A stretch of DNA of 64,000 bases from positions 1,364,001 to 1,428,000 of the forward strand of contig NC_092680.1 of assembly GCF_964355755.1 (NCBI RefSeq), in the 5' to 3' direction. The position numbers were made by a program, and so were the translations under genes. Shown here in pieces: positions 43,380 through 55,329 of this stretch. Source of the stretch: Antedon mediterranea (Eukaryota; Animalia; Echinodermata). The notes below the pieces were generated by a model. That model had not been told where the DNA came from and made no database searches. It worked only from the letters and a program-made list of their open reading frames with translations. Each line of letters opens with the position of its first letter. The stretch's first letter is position 1.

Positions 43380-43674
43380 CTACTTTATTTAGCTATTCAA
43401 ATTCAACGTCACGCATTGTGACGTTTATATAGTTTGTGATGTTTATATAAATTGTTGTTTAAAATGTAAAAATATACTTATAAAATACAGGTCAACAGAA
43501 AACACTGTCGGCGGAGCTAGAAAAACGACTCATGCATGCAATTTGTAAACAAAAACAAAGTCAAGCGACCTCAACGTTTTGGTAGTAAAATAAACAGCTC
43601 CCTCTCTTGACGCGGTTGATTCAAAATGTAAACAAAACTCGTGTCGCTCATTTAAATGAATAATTTACAGTAAA
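43380..43674. promoter_or_regulatory. Probable bidirectional promoter between the LRR gene and CTC1
   Basis: Head-to-head ATGs ~725 bp apart, locally CpG-richer, two tgtaaaca forkhead-like sites, flanked on both sides by CTAG-rich tracts. Inferred. Confidence 0.5.
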
Positions 43675-46600
43675 ATGTCACATTCAAAAGTAAAAACAGC
43701 ATGCAGGTCTAAGTCTACGAGGTCCACGTTCAATTTAATAGGACTCGTTGTTTGTAAAAGTCCACTTGTAGAGTAAGATTTGTTTTCTGTTATTACTTAG
43801 GCCTAGCTAGCTAGCCGGCCTGTCTTTTTGTCTGATGGGCCGGCCCATTTATTTTTAAAAGGTGCTACTTATACCGATTATACTACCATGCTTATACTTA
43901 GGAGGGAGCTAAACTAGGTAAGCCTATAGTAGTTTTCCTAGCTAGACCAGGCCTAGAACGAGTGGAGCTAGGCCTGCTGGGTAGTTGCCCAATGCAATTT
44001 GAGTGATTTGCACGATTTATTTGTTATTTTATGCAAGAATTTCATTGTGCAATTATTAAATATTTAATTAATTATTTTTGTTTTTTTAGAAGAAATGGAA
44101 GTAAAATGTTTTTATTTGAGTTGTCATGGCGACTTAACCGACACTTTGTTGTTGCAAAGGTATGCATATAGACGATTTTCGTCTTAAATAAGCCATCTTG
44201 CAGATATGACAAACAGTCATGACTAGCTCAGGAAGTACGATGTTTTAACATGGTGTCCTAAAATCCCCTGAAAACGCTATGTTATTTTTGTTTTGACCCT
44301 TGGCTGGTCACAACTATTTGCTTCTATAGCACGAAAATCATCTATAAAGGTAAAGGTACCGTTGTGTTTACTAATTGCAACAGTTAACAAATCATTTATA
44401 CTTTTTTTTTCAAAGGGTCAACAGTGGAAGTTGTATAGTGAAATACAAGTACACAAGTATATTATCCTATCAAACATGATTTCTACTACAATCACAAAGG
44501 TAGGTATTATAAATTACCAACCAATGAATGTACCAATTATTTCACTTTAATTATTAAATAATGCTTATGGACCAAAATTTTGTTTAATATAAATAAAATA
44601 ATCAGAAGAAATTGCATTTTAATGGGAGATGATTATCTGGGGATGTTTCTGATTTTTTATGAGCTTTAATAAAAATGACAATACTGTTCAATGCATTGTT
44701 TTGTTGAATTGCAGGGTTTGGATAAAAACATCAAGGTATATGCTTGCACAAGTAAAACTCAGGTATTCATTTCAATTGTATATTAAAAGTGGTATCCTCA
44801 AAATAGTATTTTTGTCAATGTTACTAAATACCAAAAAAATTCTATCCCCATTTGGAGTACATTGCGTGAAATATATACACACACAGTGTACCATAATGGT
44901 GGGGATTCCTCCTATGTTTCTAGATATCAGTAAAAGATGAAAGCCAATTACAATCACAGGATGAAGACATTTACTGTACAACTAGTAAGGTACCAGATGC
45001 ACCACAAGTCACTGACCAGTCCAATGAACAACCACAAGCCACTGACCTGTCCAATAAACCACCACAAGCCACTGACCAGTCCAATAAACCACCACAAGCC
45101 ACTGACCAGTCCAATAAACACTCACTTTGTACTGATCAGAATGAGGAATGCAATTCTGGAGCTGGTACATCATACCAAGTAAAACCCTAAACATATCTAT
45201 TTTAAAGCTCTGTCTACACTATGAAACAGGTTTGCCCTGGTATGCCCAAATATGGTAGTAATATGACATCATCATGTCAATTATGGTCACATCACATTTT
45301 TTTTTCACATAAAGTTTGATAGTGTAGACAAGGCTTTAAAGATACAATCAATATATTGTTGACGCATTACATGCATGAGATGAAATTCCAAATATCTAAT
45401 TGAATCAGAACAAAATATAACAATTATGATATTACAAACCATTGTATTTTTAGGGAATGGTGACAGATATAATTGATTCTAAGGCTGGCATTTATGAACT
45501 AGACGGTAGTATAAGGTAAAATTAATACTTTTAGAGAAATTAATAAATTAGTTTCGATACTAAATAATACTGATCATAACCTCACTGTTGACACATCCCA
45601 CTTAGCACCAACTGTACTGATAAACCACTTAAATGTTTACAGCGATTTGTACTTTCTTTTGAGTTACTAATCTATTTATCCATATCTGATTTGATTTCAA
45701 GAGTTTTACTCCCAAAACTAAACAAAAACAATACTGTACTTTACATGTGTAAGGCTCTGTCTACACTATCAAACTTTATGTGACAAAAAAAAAATTTGGC
45801 ATATCACTACCATATTTGAGCTCTTCACACTACTTTTGTAAAACTAGTTTGGTAGTGTAGACAGAGCTTTAAATTTTTCTATATTTTTTTTTTTACATGG
45901 AAACGTTTCTTGTCATTTATTATTTCTGTTTTTTTCTTTATAGATTGTATATGACATACCTTAATAAAGATGTTGGCTGTGTTGTGCCCAACATTAAGGC
46001 TGGTTGCTATGTTACTGTATACAATGCTCACTTCAAAAAACTTTCAAAGGTAAAAATGATCTTAAAATTGTATTGTACATTTCACTTTTACATTTTGTTT
46101 TTCCCAAAATAAAAGTTTTACAAATTGATCTTTCAGGTTGTTTATCTTGTGTGTTGTATGCGATCTTGTGTTGAGGTTTTACCATTCAAGTCAACATTAG
46201 TAAGTTATCTTGATGATTGCAATGTATCCCATTCTTTGATTTGTGGTTTTTTTTTCTTTCTTTATGTTCTTTTTCCTTCTGTTATGTTTTCCTTTGGGAC
46301 TAAAGCCTTGTTCAAACTGAACATTATCCAAATCCATTGATTAGTTAGTGTGAACAGTCTAGTAAACTTTTCTTATATTAGGTAAGGTACACATGCCACA
46401 AAATAAAACTAAGTTTAGCTTCCAAACAAACACTTGTTTGACCAGTAAAACATATATCGAGTCAGTAAAACTAACTGGGCAAGTTTTCCTCACAAATGTA
46501 ATGGCTAGTAAACTGATTTTATAGTAAGTAAAACAAGACAAGTTATACGAAGAATCTAATATCTAAATCTCTTATTCTCAATGTATTTTATTTATTTGTG

Positions 46601-49600
46601 TGTGTTTCTTAATCCAGTGTTTAGTTTCTTTGGATGACCCTGTTATCAAACTAATCACACAATTTGTTCCTGCGTTTTCCCTGTTGACCCACATGCACAA
46701 AATGCTAAAACAACTCACACACAAGCTTCCAAAAAATGTCCACAGGTGAGGTTTTTTGTTTAGCAGGAATATTAAACATAAATTTCATTATTGAAATGTA
46801 ATGTACAGCACAGTGAACTCTCTCAATGCTTGACACCATTGGGCTGACCTAATTTGTCTGGTTTTCTGGGAAGTATCTAAATGTGTAAAAAAGAATGAGG
46901 ACCTATGGTATCAAGAAAAATCTTCTAAGCTTCTAATATTCTAATATTTTTTTTAATAATTTAATTTTGATTTATTTACTACTTTTTTAGAAAAATAAGT
47001 TTAATAATTGGAACAATATTGGAAAGTAATGGTATGCAGAGAGTAACGCCACGGAAAAGAAATATTTATAATGAATTTTTTAATACACCTCACCAATCCT
47101 GTGTAGTGGATGATGTTCATAAAAACCAATTACAGGTACAGTAAACATGATCCCTATCTTTGCATTGAAATGGTTTATGAACGTCCCCTCGTGATGTAAA
47201 TCATCTTTTTGGGATTTGGAGGGCTATCCCTAGTAGTATGCAAATTATTGGGTTTTTTGTGTGTGCGTGTTCTTCCTGTCTTGTATAAAATAATTCAAAT
47301 CAAGTTACTTAATTACTGTCCTGGAGCACTTTACAATCTCTTCTTCGCCTACATGATGACAAAATTGGTAATGGTGTTTTGATCTGTAGCTGTATAAACA
47401 CATATGTATAGGCATTAAAATTATAAAAGGCTAAGTCTAGGAATTCATAAATTGTCAATACAATCTCCTAAATCAAATTAATTATTCCATGATAATATTT
47501 GATTGTTCTTTCTTGAGATATTCTTTATCATCATGTGTAGGATAGGTTAAGGTACCGTTTGACAAATGAAAATGCTTTATATGTAAGTACTGTATGTCAA
47601 AGAATATTTTGTTGTTTTTTTTGCAGAGTAGAATTATATTACCAAGTGTAGCAGACTTGAAGAAAGAAATACTTCAACAATTTAGAGATGCAAATAAACA
47701 TGATGAGAAAAGCTATAAGCAATACATTAGTCATTCAAACATTAACAACTCAATGGTAAGTAAATCAAATACTCACTTATCGTTTAGACTTTTTTGTGTA
47801 GACTAAGAGCATCTTGTATATGTTTGTCTTGTGACCAGGATTGCCACTAAGGTCGTGAGGTGGTTTCCCGATTAATCGTACGATCAAAACGGTACTGGGT
47901 ATGATCAACTAGCGTTCGTGTTCCCACCTAATCATCCATTCATAGAAGGATAAAAGGATAGTGGATGAATTCACTTACGGCAACCCATGGCAATTTACCT
48001 AAAACAAATTTTTTAAGTATAAGCTCCCTGTTCTAATTTTTTTGGTAAACCTAACATTGTCTAAAGTGTACTCTGTCAGTTTAGCGCCCCGTCTCAACCT
48101 TCTCTTTTGCTTAATATATTTTTTAATACTTCAAAAAATAGATCTTGGTTGGATTTCTGTCATCAAATCCTGACACAGGAGTCCTTCGTCTTAATGATGA
48201 AACAGGATCCATTGACTGCATCGCAACTTGTATACAATCCAAAGGAACTGCCAGCCACAGTTGCAAGAACTCTATATGCTACTTACAACACCACCAATCA
48301 TTCCATGCACCATACTCTTGCAATTGTCCATATGCCCATATTTGGAATTTAAAAGGGCTTGTGAAAATTACTTGGTTTATTGTTGTACATGAGCAGTCGG
48401 GTCAACAGGATGTAAATCGAGGGAGGTCATACATTGTATTTGACATGAGACAAGTTGTTTATATGTCCACACAGAACCTACTGCAGAATGTACCTGCTGC
48501 TGGGGCTGCCTCAACAAAAGGTACTCTATCTGTAGTATCACTAAATCAAGTTTATAAAAAAAAAATTCTCAATTTTACTAAAACATGTGGTGTACTGCAA
48601 ACCTGTATTCATAATTGATAAATAATGCTATTCTTTGGAAATTTCAGAAACAGACTCCTCCTCACATTTATTAACAATTAAAATAATGAAGAAAGGAAAC
48701 CTTGTTCGAAGGCTTAGAAAAACTGACAACAGTCTGTTTTTCACAATTGATGGCATTGTATATGAAGATTGCACAAAGAAGTGCTCACCAGATCTTGCTG
48801 CCTCTGCATCTGCCAAAGGTACCAGTTCATCTTGTAAAAGCAAACAGAACATCATATTAAGGTTTGAAGGAAAAGCTGTCAAATGGTACCCTGTTCTGTA
48901 TATAGGATCTGTGTACAGGATTACAGCACGGCAGAATTCAGATAACTGTAAAGTGTTGTCACGGTTCAGTAATCACAGCACGTTTACAGTCACTGAACAT
49001 GATGCCATTGAACAACTAGGGGTATGTAGATATTTTATTCCAATTCCAACAAATTATGAACTTAATTGTATATTAAAATGCATGACATGGCTCTCTTGTG
49101 ATCAAGCTCATACCATTCTTAAGCTCTGTCTACTCTAACCAACTACTTTGACAAAAAAAAAGGTGTAAAATATGGTAGTGATATGCCCAATTAAGGAAGT
49201 GATATTCAATTCAATTCAATTCAAGGATTATGACATCATCATGTCCATGTCACATTGTTTTGTCACAGGTGAATTCCTTGGAGCAGCAAGTTGATCTTTA
49301 TTCTGTTGATGACGTGATTTCACGGTAAGCTCACATGCAACTTTGCCTCATTAGAAAGCATTTTTATCACATCACTGCTGAGTTTAAAAGTATGTTAGAC
49401 TATTGGGGTATTTTCATTACAAATATGCCGACTTCGACATCATTTTGAAAAGTCACGCATCCATTAGATCGCCTTCCTCGTTCACTTGCTGCCTTGAGGG
49501 TTAGGTGACTATGGATTTGACATATACCACTGTCATTTGATATATACCACTGTTATTTGTCATTTACCACTGTCATTTGACATACCACTGTCATTTGACA

Positions 49601-52600
49601 TATACCACTGTCATTTGACATATTCCACTGTCATTTGACATATACCACTGTCATTTGACATATCCCACTGTCATTTGACATATACCACTGTCATTTGACA
49701 TTTACCACTGTCATTTGACATATACCACTGTCATTTGACATATACCACTGTCATTTGACATATACCACTGTCATTTGACATATACCACTGTCATTTGACA
49801 TATACCACTGTCATTTGACATATACCACTGTCATTTGTTATCTAGTTTTATCATTGGCAAGTGGTCAACTTGTTGGGAATGCATCATGTGTCGAAGTGAA
49901 CCACATGCACGCTCACACGATCGAAAGGTCCCTAATAGGCGCATAGTGTAAAGGTCAGTTTACGCAGATGAGCGGTAATGCACATCTGTATCTGTATCTA
50001 TCTTGAACGGATCCGTCCGTCCGCTCCGCGTGTGTAAATGGTCATAAGGAATAATATTAGATTCTATATCTTTATTACTGTTACTGTTTGTCTGTGTAAA
50101 TTGGCCTTAACTTGAAAATGTCACAAATACCTTGTGTCATTTACGATTTATAGCTTTCTCCAATATACATATTGTCATAGTTTATGGATTGTCATATAAG
50201 CATATTTGTTTTAATAGATTTAAATCATCCAAAGGTATTGTTTCTTTGATTGGAGTAATTGTATCATGTGATTCAAGTAACAAGTCGCACCAACCAACCG
50301 AATCAGATACAGTATCCATGAATGTAAGGATTGTGGATATCAAGCCTAGTCTTGATGCAACAGGCAGTCTGTCAATTTGTATTAAATGTCCTAAGATACA
50401 GTATCCGTTAGGACTTGTTCCACAAGCTGTGTTATATTTACAGTACGTATACTTTAAAAATTGGTTTACATAGAAAAACTACATTGCTATCATTAAGCTC
50501 TGTCTACACTATCAAACTTTATGTGACAAAAAAAATGTGATGTGCCCATATATGTACATGATGATGTCATATCACTACCATATTTGGGGAAATTTCTAAA
50601 TTTCCAAAACTCCATGGGAAAAAAACAAGAACAATTTAGTGTATTTATTCATGTAGACATTTTATTTTTGTAGAGGAATTGAAGTTGATAGTTACAAAGG
50701 CAGGTTACGTTGTCAAAGTGGACCTTTAACATCAATACAGGTATTACAAATACCCAGTAGTGTTGAAGATAGGTAAGTTGACCTATATGTGGACCTTTAA
50801 CATCAACACAGGTATTTCAAATACCAAGTAGCGCTGAAGATAGGTAAAGTTGACCTATATATGTGGACCTTTAACATCAACACAAGTATTACAAATACCC
50901 AGTACCGCTGAAGATAGGTAAGTTGACCTATGTGGACCTTTAACATCAATACAGGTATTACAAATACCCAGTACTGCTGAAGATAGGTAAGTTGACTTAT
51001 ATATGTGGACCTTTAACATCAATACATATATTACAAATACCCAGTAGCGCTAAAGAAGGTAAGTTGACCTATATGTGGACCTTTACATCAATACAGGTAT
51101 TACAAATACCCAGTACCGCTGAAGATAGGTAAGTTGACCTATGTGGACCTTTAACATCAATACATATATTACAAATACCCAGTAGCGCTAAAGATAGGTA
51201 AGTTGACCTATATATGTGGACCTTTAACATCAATACAGGTATTTCAAATACCCAGTAGCGCTGAAGATAGGTAAGTTGACCTATATATGTGGACCTTTAA
51301 CATCAATACAGGTATTTCAAATACCCAGTAGCGCTGAAGATAGGTAAGTTGACCTATATATGTGGACCTTTAACATCAATACAGGTATTTTAAATACCCA
51401 GTAGCGCTGAAGATAGGTAAGTTGACCTATATATTCTTTAAAATAATATACTAGATAAAATTTTAATTCTAAATATGTCTTTGATCTTATGTATAATGAA
51501 ACCCAGTTCTCGGTAACAAATATGTTAATATTTATTCTCAAATTCTTACAGTACTATACTTTTATGCAAGTTTGGGCAATTTTGTGTTATTTATGTGGTA
51601 TCACAGATGCCGTGATTATTACATTATATACATTTTATTTTGTTTATTAAAAAAGTGAATTGTTTACAACTCCCTGGACAGAAGTTGTTCATTTATAATA
51701 TATAATAACAACCTTTTTTTTTTAACCCAGCACAACAAACTTATTTGATACAAAGGACCTCTCTAAAGCTCCACCAAGATATGTCATTCATATATTGCAG
51801 TCACTTCTTTCTGGAACCAAAGAGAATGATTTTATTTTAAATGGATACATTAATACAATATACAGTCTAGAGATCAGGTAAGGTTACAACTTAACAGATT
51901 CTTAAGCTCTGTCTACACAATTAAACATGTGATGTGCCTATATACATACACGATGTCGAGTTTATGTAATATTCCGTATGACCATTTACAGGCAGAGGAA
52001 ACGGGCGGATAGATACAGATTCTATGTGGGACAAACTAGATAGTTTTCTGCTTACCGTTACCGTTTTAAAAATTATTTTACAGATGGATATGCTATATGT
52101 GCAGATCTAATCAGTGTCGATGCTCAGCACAATCACAGGCCGCTAAGGGGGAAATGAGTTTTAAAGCAAGGTAGCTTATTATTTATTATTTAATATTTCA
52201 TAAAAATCATGTATGTACATATACATGGGAAAAGAAAACAACATGATTATACCATGGAATCTTTAGTACATTAACAGGTCATAGAAGGACCATTGATTTT
52301 CCCACTACTAAACCAAACACGTCCCAATTCCATAGATTGTATGTGATGCACAGCATAATGACAGTAGTATAATTCAGAGGCCTGAGGCTCCTGGTTTAGG
52401 AACCCTAAGTGGCCCTCCAACACTGGAGGCTTCAAACTTTTTTATCTCTTTTCGACATATTGTAATGCCTATTTCCTCTGGGCACTGCTCAGGTGCCCCC
52501 ATTAGCTTATAATGATCTGATTTGTTATTTCAGAGTTTTGATTGATGATGGAACTGCTGCTGTTAATGTATGGTTGTCAGACACTGAGTCACTTGCATAC

Positions 52601-55173
52601 ATCTTATGCCTTTCTCATCTAAGATGGCAGCAGATATTAGATGTTGTTCAGGCTAAGGGACCATTCCATTTCAACTTCTTTAATTCTACAAATGATCAGG
52701 TAACACAACAGCAAATACGTACTCACTAATTCTCTCTCTTTGACAGAGTTTGAATTGTTATAAAGCATGTCACCCATCAAACTGCAATGCCACTATCATC
52801 CAAAGAGTAAACATTTAAAAATTTGTAGATTCATACTTACTTGATCACATGATCATTTTAACCAATCACTAGATGATAAATGTTTGAGCTATAATAGAAA
52901 CTATAAAGATGATTTTATTTTGGTTTTATTTTTTTTTTTATAAATCTTTTTAGAGTAATGCTGTACTAAAGTTACTATGGAAGCTGTGCAGAAGCTGTAA
53001 AGTAAAGAGACCAGTACAGTTACTCTGTTCCTCTGCCTACCTTAGGCAAAGTGGTAAGTAGGCCTATATGATTTGGCTCTAATAATAATAATATATAATT
53101 GTTTTTAATCGATCAACAATTATTCATAACCATGGACCAAACAAATCCCTGGACTCACTCCATTTACACTAACCAAGCTGTTAGAATAAAAGACTGACTT
53201 CATATTACACTAACCAAGCTGTTAGAATAAAAGACTCACTCCATATTACACTAACCAAGCTGTTAGAATAAAAGACTGACTTCATATTACACTAACCAAG
53301 CTGTTAAAATAAAAGACTCACTTCATATTACACTAACCAAGCTGTTAGAATAAAAGACTCACTTCATATTACACTAACCAAGCTGTTAGAATAAAAGACT
53401 CACTCCATATTACACTAACCAAGCTGTTAGAATAAAAGACTCACTTCATATTATACTAACCAAGCTGTTAGAATAAAAGACTCACTCCATATTACACTAA
53501 CCAAGCTGTTAAAATAAAAGACTCACTTCATATTACACTAACCAAGCTGTTAAAATAAAAGACTCACTCCATATTACACTAACCAAGCTGTTAGAATAAA
53601 AGACTCACTTCATATTACACTAACCAAGCTGTTAGAATAAAAGACTCACTCCATATTACACTAACCAAGCTGTTAAAATAAAAGACTCACTTCATATTAC
53701 ACTAACCAAGCTGTTAGAATAAAAGACTCACTTCATATTACACCAAGCTGTTAGAATAAAAGACTCACTTCATATTACACTAACCAAGCTGTTAAAATAA
53801 AAGACTCACTTCATATTACACTAACCAAGCTGTTAAAATAAAAGACTCACTCCATATTACACTAACCAAGCTGTTAAAATAAAAGACTCACTCCATATTA
53901 CACTAACCAAGCTGTTAAAATAAAAGACTCACTTCATATTACACTAACCAAGCTGTTAAAATAAAAGACTCACTTCATATTACACTAACCAAGCTGTTAG
54001 AATAAAACCTTGTACAACAAAATAAAACAGTTATAAATGTTGTTTTTCTAACCTAATGTGTTACTAGTGCTGTTAAAACATTCCTAATAATATCTGTCAT
54101 TTGAAATAAATGTTTACTTATCATTGATGGCAGTTGTGTCTCTTTGATGGAAAGCGTCAAGAAGAGCGTTCGCTAAAGCATGGTTAATCTGGTTTCCTAC
54201 TACGCTAATCCGTAGTTAATTTCAAATAAGTTTCTGAGCATGTCAATCCCAACAATTTTTAATCCACAATGATTTTTTTATTATTATTCAGATGATAAAA
54301 GTGATCAATTATTTGTCAGTGCAATGGTAAACATGTATAGCAGTTAAACAGGAAAGATGGTAAACATGTATAGCAGTTAAACAGGAAAGATGCCACACAT
54401 GTATAGCAGTTAAACAGGAAAGATGCCACACATGTATAGCAGTTAAACAGGAAAGATGCCACACATGTATAGCAGTTAAACAGGAAAGATGCCACACATG
54501 TATCGCAGTTAAACAGGAAAGATGCCACACATGTATAGCAGTTAAACAGGAAAGATGCCACACATGTATAGCAGTTAAACAGGAAAGATGCCACACAGGT
54601 ATAGCAGTTAAACAGGAAAGATGCCACACATGTATAGCAGTTAAACAGGAAAGATGCCACACATGTATAGCAGTTAAACAGGAAAGATGCCACACAGGTA
54701 TAGCAGTTAAACAGGAAAGATGCCACACATGTATAGCAGTTAAACAGGAAAGATGCCACACATGTATAGCAGTTAAACAGGAAAGATGCCACACATGTAT
54801 AGCAGTTAAACAGGAAAGATGCCACACAGGTATAGCAGTTAAACAGGAAAGATGCCACACATGTATAGCAGTTAAACAGGAAAGATGCCACACATGTATA
54901 GCAGTTAAACAGGAAAGATGCCACACATGTATAGCAGTTAAACAGGAAAGATGCCACACATGTATAGCAGTTAAACAGGAAAGATGCCACACATGTATAG
55001 CAGTTAAACAGGAAAGATGCAACCAATACAAGACAAGTAATGTTTTAATGCAGTTTATTTGAAAATTAAACTAAAATTAAAGTAAAATTGATATAAAGTT
55101 GAATAAAGATGTATGAAAAATATATGTTGATGTATTTACTATACTACAGGGAGAAGTAAAGAGATTTTGTTAA
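43675..55173 (+). CDS. CTC1: CST complex subunit CTC1, ~896 aa, ~22 exons (3' end tentative)
   Basis: Exons 43675-43772, 44090-44159, 44416-44499, 44715-44762, 44924-44989, 45454-45515, 45944-46049, 46137-46199, 46618-46745, 46991-47135, 47627-47755, 48142-48520, 48648-49021, 49269-49324, 50218-50442, 50674-50772, 51731-51877, 52084-52170, 52534-52699, 52954-53053, 54292-54326, 55150-55173(?). Colinear matches to human CTC1 from memory: AGIYELDG, RNIYNEF..PH, LRLNDETGSIDC, F.G.AVKWY..L..G.VYRI, PLGLVP.A, WICYMC zinc ribbon, LIDDGTA, LWKLC....KRPV. Confidence 0.9.
45000..45121. repeat. 30-bp tandem repeat (4 copies) 10 nt into CTC1 intron 5
   Basis: Unit caccacaagccactgaccagtccaataaac. Confidence 0.88.
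45206..45335. mobile_element. Harbinger-like MITE family A
   Basis: Same TIRs as the other copies. Confidence 0.72.
45753..45868. mobile_element. Harbinger-like MITE family A
   Basis: ggctctgtctacactatcaaact...gtagtgtagacagagct. Confidence 0.72.
49122..49267. mobile_element. Truncated MITE family A abutting the CTC1 exon 14 acceptor
   Basis: Left TIR present; internal gacatcatcatgtccat..ttttgtcaca runs straight into ag|gtgaat. Confidence 0.65.
49515..49837. repeat. 20-bp minisatellite (~16 copies), CTC1 intron 14
   Basis: Unit catataccactgtcatttga. Confidence 0.93.
50718..51433 (+). repeat. 69-74-bp tandem repeat (10 copies) of the CTC1 exon 16 3' end plus donor
   Basis: Donor GT at 50773, 50844, 50918, 50987, 51059, 51129, 51198, 51271, 51344, 51417. 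Confidence 0.95.
53153..54007. repeat. 41-bp minisatellite (~21 copies), CTC1 intron 20
   Basis: Unit actcacttcatattacactaaccaagctgttagaataaaag. Confidence 0.95.
54324..55020. repeat. 33-bp minisatellite (~21 copies) starting at the CTC1 exon 21 donor
   Basis: Unit atg(gtaa/ccac)acatgtatagcagttaaacaggaaag. Confidence 0.95.
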
Positions 55174-55329
55174 ATCAAATTAGTAATCGTTATTATTGAT
55201 ATGTGAACATATAGAACATTACCATCAAATTATTGTCTTGTGAGAACGAATTATGTGAAAAAAATATAAAAAATAGCAAAATGTTGATCTTTCTGTTTTT
55301 TAAATAACTTTTCGAACAAATCAAAAGTA

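Noticed and set aside
53153-54007. Telomere-like repeat inside CTC1
   Set aside because: The 41-bp unit contains ctaacc once but no TTAGGG-type tandem run; an ordinary minisatellite.
54309-55031. 240-aa and 236-aa minus-strand ORFs
   Set aside because: Translations of the 33-bp repeat.
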